A program made the translations under genes and the position numbers. The notes beneath the pieces were generated by a model. That model was not told where the DNA came from, searched no databases, and was given only the letters and a program-made list of their open reading frames with translations. From Eledone cirrhosa (lineage: Eukaryota): a stretch of DNA of 64,000 bases. This document shows positions 13,961-25,303 of this stretch, in pieces (position 1 is the first letter of the stretch; each line of letters starts with the position of its first letter). The stretch lies in contig OZ024747.1 of the NCBI GenBank assembly GCA_964016885.1, positions 65,720,001 to 65,784,000 on the forward strand, read 5' to 3'.

Positions 13961-14166
13961 CCACGCTGTAATGTGCCCGTGTAGGTAACACGGTAAAAAC
14001 CTCCCAGTTCACACTAAACGTGGTTGGTGTTAGGAAGGGCACCCAACCGTAGAAAACCTGCCAGACAGTCCTATACGAGCGAGAAAAACCAATCTTGCCT
14101 CAAGTGGGACATCTCCCGTCTAAACCCATGCTAGCGTGGAAGATAGACTTTAAACGATGATGATGA
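13621..14166 (+). mobile_element. 5'-truncated RTE LINE (C-terminus + long 3' UTR), same family as 20232-23774
   Basis: GVGRPRKTWDDLINSD coding; UTR aligns by eye to the reverse complement of 20232-20780; ends in gatgatgat. Confidence 0.88.
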
Positions 14167-14859
14167 TATATACACATGGGATAACAAGTTATCGTTTTAG
14201 GTAATCCAGTGAGAGGTTTCCTTACTTAGGTAGCGAGTTTGCAATAATTCCCATGCAGGTCGATCTTGGAGTAATAGTAGTGAAAGAATGAAGAGTAAGA
14301 TGGTCGGCTGTATAAAAAGGGTTTTATTTACAGTACTAACAATTGTTTCATTGAACAGGTGAGTCTAAAAGTCGCTAATCACTCGACCTTAAATACAGTG
14401 TGTGGCTCTGATAAAATCATCGGAATACTGGAGGGTGTAACACATGGCATTAGCATTTATAGATACATCAGAGAATCGAGTGAATGAAAACGAAAACATC
14501 AATAATAAAAGATAAACAATAATAAAAGTATAAAGAAGAAAGAATGACGATATAAAAAATAAGTACAAAATACGGTTTCTGATAATAGTAGAAGTTATAG
14601 TGTAAGTGGATGTGTAAAATAGTGATGACAATAATGATAACAATAACATGAAAAGGAATACGATATATGTTTCAGCAAAATAAAAAGGCAAGTTGTATAA
14701 TAAAATATCAAAGGATTAAATAAATAATAAAAAGTAAGAGATAGAGAGATAAGGAATAGGAGACAGGGACTGAGAATATGGATTCGAGGATGAGACAAAG
14801 GGTAGGAATAAGGAGAGGGACTAAAAGTTATGTTTTTCTTAACGATGATAATACAAAAT

Positions 14860-15630
14860 TAGAGGAATCAAAAGAGAATTACAGTACTATTCACATGTAG
14901 TGCAACTGGTGAAAAGTTTAAACCCCTTTTTACTGAAAAAAGCCTTAAACCTCGTTGTTTCAAGAATATTGACATTTCTAAACAGGAATTTTATTATAAA
15001 AAGAACATTACGGATGGATGACAGACAATATATTTTCATTTTACCTAAAAGAAATCAATTACGAATTTTTTAAACAATAGAGAAAAGTATTATTGCTCCT
15101 TGATAATGCAGCATGCCACAAACAAAGCTTTTAAAATATAAAACTTTTTTTTTTCTACCCTCGAACACAACTACAAAATTACAACCTTTAGACCAAGGAA
15201 TAATTTGGTCATTCAAAAGCAACTACAATACGATTTTTATTAATAAAGTTGGTTAATAAAGATGTGAAAGTGTCAATTTAAAAGGAACGTCATGAGTTAC
15301 GCCCCTTTATTTTCCGAGTTCAACTTGGCCTTTCATCCTTATAGGGTCGATAAATAAAGTACCAGTGATGCACTGGAATAATTGCTGGCAAAAGTAAAAA
15401 CAGTTATTGCATGGTATTTTTGGTCAGTCCAGGCATGGGATTCGGTTGTAAAAGAGACAATTGTAAATTGCTGGGAAAAGTCAGGTCTACGAATACAGAA
15501 TTCAATGAGTGAAGATTCGGTTGCAAAAGCATTGTGTTTAGAAAATGGGGAATACGAGCTGAAATACGCACTTAAGGAACTCAAGGAGCTAAAATATGAT
15601 AATGTTACTTTTACAATTAAAACTTAAATT
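14860..15630 (+). pseudogene. Tigger/pogo (DDE_1, CENP-B-like) transposase relic
   Basis: CSATGEKFKP, KPRCFKN, KVLLLLDNAACH, NTTTKLQPLDQGIIWSFK, AWDSVVKETIVNCWEKSG across frameshifts. Confidence 0.88.
15312..15392 (+). mobile_element. Nin/Deu-domain SINE fragment inserted in the Tigger relic
   Basis: gcctttcatcc...gtcgataaataaagtaccagt core; same core reversed at ~40170-40250 and ~56240-56412. Confidence 0.65.
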
Positions 15631-16429
15631 TAAATTTTTATGTCTTGTTTTTAGTTTGGGGAGGGGGGGGATGTCAAAATAACCAACTTTCCTTTTAAAA
15701 TGTTAATTAAGGTAAACATGACAACTTAAATTCAAGTTTTTTGTCAAAAAAAAAAAAAAAAAGGTCATTATTGACATTTTTACACACACATATATATACA
15801 TACATACTTATATATACATACATACACTAGCTACACTCTACGCTATATATATATATACTACGAGTGGTTTTCTGCTAGCATGTGTAGTGTGTATATTGAT
15901 ATTATACGCAAGTATATATACATGTAGATATGATACGTCAAATAAAATCGCAATTGACAATATACACATTAGTTGAACGAAGACTGTGTTACACTGTCTT
16001 ATGTGATAAATGATACATTTATAGATAAGGATGAGGGGCTAAATATTATCTATATGATTTTACATTGTTGTTATAGGTCTTCGAAGGATATTAGTTATAA
16101 GTGATATAATTGAAATACCTTAATCGAAGAGTTGGTAGCTTCTTATCGGTAGTAAATGCTGCTGACTTCCAGGATATAAATAAATAGCTCTTCAATGCTC
16201 ACTCCTCTATAAATATAATTTTATTTGTCGAAAAGGATTGTAGGAGTCATTTTACAATAAATTTTCGCGCGATGTATCATCTGCAAGTCAGTTCGGTCTG
16301 TCATACGCAACTTCCCATTGGTCAGTTTGATGTATGTTGAAAGTAAAGGAGTGTTTGAATGTGATTGTGGCGTTTGCGGTGGTGCTTGTATTGACACATT
16401 GTAGCAGAGGGGAGTATGAGGCTCTGATG

Positions 16430-16690
16430 TGAGAGCATCTGTGTAGGCCCGCTTTAGTCTGTCAATAGAGTGTGTCTTTATGTCCATTAAAGTCAAAGGT
16501 GAAATGTTTATCTCTACGTGCAAGTACACGATAGGGTCCAGAATAAGGTGGAGTGAGAGGTCTTCTCACCGTCATTTCTGACAAAAACATGGGTCCACGA
16601 GGAAAGTCCCTCGGAACAGAATATTTAAAGGTTTGTTGCCTAGTTTTCATGCAAGTCGTGAAGGCGTAGTAGTGGTCGAATTGCCGGAGT
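16430..16690 (-). pseudogene. Gypsy/Ty3 LTR retrotransposon integrase C-terminal (GPY/F) fragment
   Basis: VRRPLTPPYSGPYRVLARRDKHFTFDFNGHKDT followed by SIDRLK in another frame. Confidence 0.8.
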
Positions 16691-17299
16691 ACTCCAAAAT
16701 GTTATCAGCGTAAGAGCTGTGTAGGTGTATAGTCGCCAAGGTGTTCATCAAAGACGTTCGTAAACTTTAACAAAATAGTTGCGAACAAAACATTTAAAAA
16801 TAATTTTTTGAAGTCCGTAGTATCCTTGAAACAGTAAAGAGTGCGCTTATGTTGGCCAAAGTAAAAGCGCGGGAATAAGTGATGAAGAAATAGGAGGTGA
16901 GTCGCCACATTGGACAAAAATGCCATGTGCAAACAAAATATTGTGTTATTGTAAACTCGACATTTTTTTTTTATGTGTGTGAAGGATGTATTCTTTACAG
17001 CCAGGTCACCATTTTTTATAGATACATCTTCACGCGTCAACTGTGTCGGTCTGTCTGGTACGCGTCAACTGTGTCGGGTTTTTAACAAGAGAGTGAGACT
17101 GCCCATGTATTCATACGCAACCTCCCATTGGTCAGTTTGACATTATTGCGTATGCAAATGTTTGTTTTAATGCGTAGTGGAACTACGTCGCACTTCACAA
17201 TACCAACATTTGCATAGACGATATTATATATAAACTGCATTAGAACAACTACATTTTTTTCGAAACATTTACCTTCACCAGTTGGATACGTGACATTGC

Positions 17300-18207
17300 C
17301 ACTCAAACTACCTTAAATACGACTGAAATATTGGTCGGCTGGTACCATTGATGCGTTTTAGTTTCTTGTTGGCATCAGACCACACCCCCCTCAATATTTT
17401 GCGTGTATGTACTTGATATGGGATCAACGAAATGCTTTTTGAATGATTGACAGTGAGATGTGTATAACGACCAGGCAAATTTGGCATACCCGCCACTCAT
17501 CTGTATGGATCATAGATCCATTTGCACAGTGCCCTTCAATGAGAGGCAGCAGTCTCAGCAGCCTGATCAGGGATTTCATGGAGAAAAATATTGCGGGAAT
17601 TATTAGTATCAATTGCGCCAATGACACAATGTCCTTCATGCCAGAGCCCACGAGCATATTTACGATGAAAATATTTGCTCTCCTCAATTTGTACAGTTAT
17701 TCGTATTCTGTTAGAATCAAGACCACCGAGTATCGCCAGATTTTGCTCAACCCATTCACTACATACATCACGCATACAATTGCACAGGTAAAAAAAAAAT
17801 TACTGTATATCGCAACAATATATTGTTTAAAGAATTTTTTTTTCTGTTGTTAAAAACTGTAAATCTGTTTAAAAAAAAATGTATTTCGCAGCAATATTTT
17901 TTCAGTTAAAAACTGTAAATAAATATTCATGTAAAAATGAAGCATAGTTTTTCTGTGAAAAACTGTAAATAAATATTTATTTTGTTCAAAAATTAAATCA
18001 AAAATCTAATTTTCTCTGTTAATATTTTAATAAATATTTATTCTAAAAATTCAATGTTTTTTCGTGTAAAAATGAAGCATGTAAGAAAATTAACACGTAA
18101 ATATCAAGCAGCAGCAGCTGATGGCGTGTCGTGACGTATCGTGTAGTGGGTGGAGCTAATAACTGAATGTCGATGAATGGTTGGGGCGATACTTGGCTTT
18201 AGTGTCC
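17300..18207 (-). mobile_element. Merlin (IS1016/ISXO2-like) DNA transposon relic: transposase fragments 17300-17790, AT-rich subterminal repeats, probable TIR ending at 18207
   Basis: VQIEESKYFHRKYARG, VIGAIDT, LLPLIEGHCANGSMIHTDEW, HLTVNHS; GG-initiated terminus GGACACTAAAGCCAAGTATCGCC on the minus strand. Confidence 0.8.
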
Positions 18208-18845
18208 TAAAGGACACTAAAACCAAGTATCGCCCCAACCCTAATCGTAAATATATTACATTTGTTTTAATCTTTAGTCACTTTACGGATATAAACGACG
18301 GGAGTAACTTTGGTTGGGGTTCACCGGGCGAAATTAATTCTGCACCCCCTTTCAGGCACGCGTTAGCTCGTATCTAAAAAAAACTCGTATGTCGGTTCAC
18401 TCGTATCTCAAGATATCACTGTATCTAAAACATATTTGTTATGTTATTCTACTGTAAATTTATTTATATGCTCTGTTTATATTTTCATTCTGAAAGAATT
18501 GCAAACGATTTCTAATGTTATTTATACAACTGTGAATAAAAGAGAAATTTGATAGTTTGTTATCAACTAAATACATTTGGAACAATTATTTACATCTTAA
18601 AATTTGAAATGTTATTATATATTAAATAAAGTACCAGTAATACACTGAATATTTGCCGGCCTTGTGCCAAAAGTAGAAACAATTATTATATATTAAATAA
18701 CGTTACAAATGGGAGTGAAAATATAAACACATATGATATATACAAAGAATATAAATAAATTTACAGTAGAATAACATAAATATGTTTTAAATATATACAT
18801 AACACTACAAATGCTTAAGTAACAGTATAAATTGAAGGGGTGGAA

Positions 18846-19062
18846 AACGGAGCCAACACCAGAGCAAAAGACAGCAGCCAGGGGTACTGGGCAACCTCTC
18901 TAATGATTTTTAAGGCAAGCCAGCACACTGGCAGTGTTACCTCGAGTGATGGCGAGGCTGAGGTGCTGGAAGAAACAAGCGCCCTCGCCAGTTACCTCTA
19001 TTAGGCGAGCCGCCAGTGAAGAGAGGAACCTCGCAGTCAGCGGCCCGACTCCCCACAGGCTG
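18846..19062 (-). pseudogene. CRE-clade non-LTR retrotransposon 3' fragment (RLE C-terminus + 3' UTR)
   Basis: Minus strand reads GEGACFFQHLSLAITRGNTASVLACLKNH*, matching LFQRVSLAVLRGNA at ~51610-51650; homolog at 54060-54294. Confidence 0.75.
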
Positions 19063-19855
19063 AAAAATTTACCCCTCGCTGCTGTCTTTTGCTCTGATGT
19101 TGGCTCCGTTGTTCAACCGTTCCTTTGCATTTTCATAAATAAATTGTGACAGTTTTTCGAAGCTAGAAATCCAATAGAGATATTTTTATACACATTGTAT
19201 TATGTGTTTTTATTTTCATTCTGAAAGAACTGAACAATTTGTAATGTTAATTAAACACATGTTTAGCATACCTTTGTCTTCCCCGTCTTGCTTCATTGAG
19301 AAATTCTAGTTTCCTCTCTTAATTCATTTCTTCTTTCTTCTGTTAAATTTCCTCTGAACTCTTTTTCCTTATATCATTAATATTATTGTTGTTTAAGTTG
19401 TTGCATTGAAATGGTTATCACTATTATGTGCTGTATCAATATTGATAGCGTAATTTTCTGAAGTGACTCTCTTGTAAAATAAATGTCTTATTTGCTCCCA
19501 TGGACGAGAAAGGAGGGTAAGAATAAATAAAAAAAAGTTTCCAGAAGAAATAATAGTGGTCCGTTTGTTCAAACAATGAAACAACTTGTTACGTTTTCAC
19601 CGAAAATCAAATTCAGCGCCGTTCGTCTACCATTGCTGTATGTGGGCGTGTCTAAGTTTGTTTGGTGTGTACGCGCGTGTCAAAGTCAATCATGTAATTA
19701 TCTCCCCTTGGAAACAAGCATCATATGGCGGAAGAGGGTGTTTAACATCTCAAGATAGACGTTGCAAAAGGTTTTGAGATACATAAATAGATATGTAGGT
19801 AGATAGATAGATATATAATTGATAGATATGTAGGTAGATAGATAGATATATAATT

Positions 19856-19980
19856 ATCACAAGTGTAGTGTTTGTACAAGAGTTTTCAAGTCGCTGGCTG
19901 GACTAAAAAGTCACTCGTTCAGCGCATTGGTAGGGGTTCTCCTACATGAATATAATGTAGTGGCCGTACTCGAAATACTG
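19856..19980 (+). mobile_element. 3' fragment of the RTE-related non-autonomous family at 31459-32062, followed by TA/TG microsatellite (to 20231)
   Basis: cacaagtgtagtgtttgtac...ctggactaaaaagtcac aligns to 33343-33465; reads HKCSVCTRVFKSLAGLKSH (C2H2-like). Confidence 0.75.
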
Positions 19981-20231
19981 ATATATACATATATGTATGG
20001 GTACTGGTATGTTTATGTATGTGTGAATACTAATGTATGTGTGTGTATGTGTATATATGTGTGTATGTGTATATATGTGTGTATGTGTATATATGTGTGT
20101 GTGTGTATATATGTGTGTGTGTGTATATGTATATATGTGTGTGTATATGTATATATGTGTGTGTGTATGTATATGTATGTATGTATATATGTGTATGTAT
20201 GTGTATATATGTATGTATATGTATATATGTA

Positions 20232-23200
20232 TCATCATCATGATCTTCGTTTAACGTCCATATTCCACGCTCGCATGGGTTTGGACGGGAGTTTTCCCAC
20301 TTGAGGCAAGAGTGGTTGTCTTGCTCGCATAGGACTGTCTGGCGGGTTTTCTACGGTTGGATGCCCTTCCTAACACCAACCACATTTACAGTGTGGAACT
20401 GGGAGGTTTTTACCGTGTTACCTACACGCCCACATTACAGCGTGGACTGTGTGTGTTTTTGTTGTGACACCTACACGACCTCATTTGTTTCGGGCTGGAT
20501 GTTGTGGTACCAAAATAACTTTACATTGAAAGGGGTGGTGTGGATGGGGTGAGGGTAGTGGGACGGGGGTGTATTTTGTTAGAGGTGCCTACTGACTGTA
20601 GTAGGTTTTACTTTGCACTTAGGTAAGGCGGGTCTTCTCTATTACTGTGTAGCGCCAAAGAACTCGGTCCAGTGACATTGTCTTGGAGAGGTGTAAGTGT
20701 GTGAGGTCGGAATTTATCAAGTCGTCCCAGGTTTTTCTGGGTCTGCCTACTCCGTGGCTACCGTTTATTTTTATTGCCCTGCACATTTTTATACAGCTGT
20801 CGTCTTCATGCGCATCACGTGACCATACCAACATAGTCTTCTCTCGAGTAAACATCTGATCCCTCTTATTTCTAATTTCTCCCTTATTTCGTTTATGCTT
20901 TGCCGTTCACGTATATTACTATTACACATCCAGCGGAGCATGCAAGCTTCGTTTCTCTCCAGTCTGCGTATATCCTCTGCACACAATGCCTAGGTCTCAC
21001 TGCCATGTAACATTGCTGTTCGTATGCAGGCATTATACAGCCTGCCTTTCATTTTTAGAGAGAACCCTTTAACGGCCAATAGTGGTATAAGCTCTCTTAA
21101 CTTTTTCCATCCCGTTCTGACTCTAGCTACTGTACTTTCAGAGCACCCTCCCCCACTGCTGATTTTATCACCCAGGTAACGGAAGCTGTCCACTATTTCT
21201 ATAGAACCATCTGTGCAATGGAATGAGTTAGTATTCTGTGGGCACTTGTGTGCTACTTATTGCACCAGAGCACCGGCCACATATAAAATCTATATTCTTA
21301 GTTAGCTTACCTGTGATCCCACTACATCTTTTATGTAGCCATACTTTGCATTTGGGACATAAAATGGAGTTTCTACCTACTCCTTTCCTACACACTGAGC
21401 ATGGCCATTTCCCAGATGGGACCGGTGCCCTATTTTCCTTCCTACAAACTAGAACTTTAGTCTTAGACAAGTTAACTTTAAGGTTTTTTGATTCTAGGCC
21501 ATGCTTCCATGTTTGGAATTTATTTTCTAGTTCAGCCATTGATTCAGCTATGAGCGTTAGATCATCTGCATATAGGAGTTCCCATGGGCAGCCGGTCTTG
21601 AACTCCTCTGTTATAGCCTGAAGGGCAATAATAAATAGTAGGGGGCTAAGGACGGAGCCCTGATGAACACCAACTTTTACGCTAAACTCTTCACTATATT
21701 CGTTGTTAATTCTAACCTTGCTGACTGTTTCTTTATACATGGCTTGTATAGCTCTCACAAGCCATTCATCAACACCTAGTTTTCTAAGGGCTCACCAGAT
21801 AATCAAGCGGGGTACTCTGTCAAAGGCTTTCTCCAAGTCAACAAAAGCTAAGTATAGGGGTTTACTTTTAGCTAGGTACTTCTCCTGTAGATGTTGTACA
21901 ATGAAAAGAGCGTCTGTTGTACTTTTACCTGACACAAACCCGAACTGCATTTCGTCTAGATCAATTCGCTCTCTGATTAGTTGCGCTATTACTTTTTCTG
22001 TGACCTTCATGACCTGGTCAATTAATTTAATGCCTCTATAGTTTCCCCTATCTAGGGCATCACCTTTACCCTTGTAGCAGTTAATGATGATGCTGTTGAG
22101 CCAGTCCTTCGGAACGACCCCATTCTGTATGACTTGGTTTACTATCCGGGTGACCATAGAATGTCCCACCGATCCAGATGCTTTCAACATTTCAGCAACT
22201 ATCTCAGAAGGCCCAGCTGCTTTGCCTGTCTCCATACCTTTGATTGCCTTACTTATTATACAACCTTCAACTTGCACTGCTGGTTCCTCTATTGGATTGT
22301 TTTGGGGCAGACTATCTTTTTCCCACTTATTCTCCTCATTTAGTAGCCTCTCGTAGTGACACTTCCAAGCTACCTTTTTATCTGTATCAGTGATGACAAG
22401 TATACCATCATCATTACGGGCACACTTCTCCCCGACAATATCACGGTTTTCCTTGACACATTGCCTAGCAATCCTGAACACCTCACGTTTTTGGTCCTCA
22501 CGTTGTAGAACATGCTTGAACTTTATTTCTTCTGCTTCCCTTCTTGCAAAGTACACTTGTCTCCTAGCTTCCCTCCTGGCCACTTGATAGTCTTCTCTGC
22601 TTCCCCCATCCCGCCATGCTTTCCAAGCTCTCTTTTTGGCCTTGATTGACTTCTCCACCTTACTGTTCCACCACCAAGTTACTCTCCTCCTGCCTATAGG
22701 TCTGCTCCAGCTACAGATTTCATCTGTCGCCTTCAGCAAGTTAACTTTCAGGAATTCCCACTGTTCCTCTATACTGTATGTCTCTAATTGCTCTTCTTTA
22801 CTGTCAAAAGCATCAAGTAATATGCTTTTAAATTTATGACTGGCTGTGGGGTCCTTTAATTTCCATATTTTTCTCCTGAGGATAGTCATCTTCTGTTGTC
22901 AAATACGTCTCGTCCTGACTATGAGGTCGCTAATTATGAGTATGTTGAGACGTGCATTCTTCATGGTGGAGGGATTTAGTGTTTACAACAGACACTCTGA
23001 CACGTCTCCTGGTAAGGATATAATCTACCTGGCTTGTGTGTTCCCCCGATCTATAGGTGATCAAGTGATTGTCTCGTTTTTTGAAGTTAGTGTTACAGAT
23101 AGTTAGGTTATTTGCGTCACAGAATTCCAGGATTCTGGAGCCTTCCTCATTTCTAGTACCAAACCCATAGCCTCCATGGATTCCGTCATAGCCGTCACAA

Positions 23201-23774
23201 TGTTGTCCAACGTGACCATTTAGGTTGCCAGCAATAATTATATAGTCACTGTTGGTTATTTGGGAGGTAGTGAGCATCAGTGTCTCATAGAATCTGTCTT
23301 TTATAGTGCCGGGCAGTCCGGATTGGGGTGCGTACGCAGATATTACTGTCACCGTAGTTCTATTGAGGACAAGTCTTATTTTAATTATTCTGTCGTTCAC
23401 TCTATTTACGTCTATTATCTTATCTGCCCACTTTTCTGCTACCATGATTCCTACTCCACCCAGCCCATCGTCATTTCCCACCCAGAAAAGCTTATAGCAT
23501 CGTTCTTTACCCACGATGAATCTAGCAGACCCACCCCTCCACCTGGTCTCTTGAATACAACAAACATCGACCTCCTTACGTTCAAGCATTTCTACAACCT
23601 CATTAGAGCGACCCTTTAAGGTGCCTACATTCATGGTACCAACTCTGAAATTTTGGATTGCGTTTGGAGAGTGGGAGCGGGGGGAAATGGGGGAGATGGG
23701 TTATGTTAGCCATCCGCAACCGAAACAAAGAGGAGGAGCCCTTGCATTCTCGTCCATGAGGTGAATTTGTTTTT
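20232..23774 (-). mobile_element. Nearly full-length RTE-clade LINE (APE + RT with embedded PHD finger + 3' UTR), inactivated by a few stops/frameshifts
   Basis: [34 protein letters not shown]; QFGF, DLEKAFDRVP, GVHQGSVLSPLLF, YADD, FRYLG, HGSET, GRPRKTW; tail tgatgatg at ~20232. Confidence 0.95.
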
Positions 23775-24345
23775 ATGTATGTATATATATATGCATGTAT
23801 GTATGTGTATGTATGTGTATGTATGTATGTGTATGTATGTGTATGTATATGTGTATATGTATGTATGCATATGTGTGTATGTATATATGTGTGTATGTAT
23901 ATATGTGTGTATGTATATATGTGTGTATGTATATATGTGTGTATGTGTATATGTGTGTATGTATATATGTGTGTATGTATATGTATGTATGTGTATATGT
24001 ATGTATATGTATATGTATGTATGTGTATATGTATGTATATATATGTGTATATGTATGTATATGTGTGTATGTGTATATGTATGTATATGTGTGTATGTAT
24101 ATGTATATATGTATATGTATGTATGTATATGCATATATGTATATGTATGTATGTATATGTATATATGTATGTATGTGTATATATGTATGCATATGTATGT
24201 ATATGTATATATGTATGTATATGTATGTATGTATGTATATGTATGTATGTATGTATGTATATATGTATGTATGTATATGTATATATGTATGTATGTATAT
24301 GTATATATGTATGTATGTATATGTATATATGTATGTATGTATATG
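23775..24345. repeat. Compound (TATG/TA/TG)n microsatellite (also 27383-27952, 30951-31455, 32063-33017, 36592-37220, 47716-48135)
   Basis: Directly visible. Confidence 0.95.
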
Positions 24346-24825
24346 GATATATACTTGTGTATATGTATATATACTTGTGTATATGTATATATACTTTTGT
24401 ATATGTATATATACTTGTGTATATGTATATATACTTTTGTATATGTATATATACTTGTGTATATGTATATATACTTGTGTATATGTATATATACTTGTGT
24501 ATATGTATATATACTTGTGTATATGTATATATACTTGTGTATATGTATATATACTTGTGTATATGTATATATACTTGTGTATATGTATATATACTTGTGT
24601 ATATGTATATATACTTGTGTATATGTATATATACTTGTGTATATGTATATATACTTGTGTATATGTATATATACTTGTGTTTATGTATATATACTTGTGT
24701 ATATGTATATATACTTGTGTATATGTATATATATACTTGTGTATATGTATATATATACTTGTGTATATGTATATATATACTTGTGTATATATATACTTGT
24801 GTATATGTATATATACTTGTGTATA
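24346..24825. repeat. 20-bp minisatellite (GTATATATACTTGTGTATAT)n; copies at ~27953-28395, 33555-34035, 37219-37640
   Basis: Exact 20-bp periodicity over about 20 units per copy. Confidence 0.95.
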
Positions 24826-24974
24826 TGCTTGTGTATATGACTGTGTATATGTGTATATGCTTATGTGTATGTATGTATGTATATGTATATATATATGTAT
24901 GTGTGTATGTATGTATGTGTGTATGTATGTATGTGTATGTATGTATATGTATGTATATGTATTTATATGTACAT

Positions 24975-25303
24975 GGAGGCACATGGCTTAGTGGTTAGAG
25001 CATTGGTCTGGCAATCGAAAGGTTGTGATTTCAATTCTCACACCGGGTGATGTGTTGTTTCCTTGAGCAAGACACTTTATTTCACATTGCTCCTGTTTAC
25101 TCAGCTGTAGAAATGAGATGATAGGACAGGGGTCCCTATCATTCCACTGTAAAGTGGACGTGTAGGCGCCACGGAAATAAAGCACCCAGCACTCACTGTA
25201 AATGAGGTTGGTGTTAGGAAGGGCATCCGGCTGTAGAAATCAAGCCAGAATCAGTTCCCGTCCCACCCTTGCAAACAGGGAAAAGCGGATGTAAAATGAT
25301 GAT
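24975..25303 (+). mobile_element. tRNA-headed CORE-type SINE with RTE-like 3' end (copies 28543-28871, 34184-34512, 37749-38077)
   Basis: A box tggcttagtgg, degenerate B box, core gtgttgtttccttgagcaagacacttt, 3' cccacccttgcaaacagggaaaagcggatgtaaaatgatgat. Confidence 0.85.

Noticed and set aside
23700-23774. HDV-like ribozyme at the RTE 5' end (minus strand ttc-acctcat-gga ... gctaa; also ~47640-47715)
   Set aside because: A P3/L3-like loop and GCUAA are present but no P1 or P2 partner could be found; upstream sequence is microsatellite
24346-24825. Regular short repeats as a CRISPR array
   Set aside because: Repeats are contiguous with no unique spacers; eukaryotic context; no cas genes
23603-24998. 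Long ORFs (300-460 aa) rich in Y/I/H/T or M/Y/V/C, also at 27-28.5, 31-34, 36.5-37.8, 47.6-48.3 and 61-62 kb
   Set aside because: Translations of stop-free TA/TG/CA microsatellites, open in several frames on both strands
24975-25050. tRNA gene
   Set aside because: A/B boxes without a cloverleaf, continuing into a SINE body and tail
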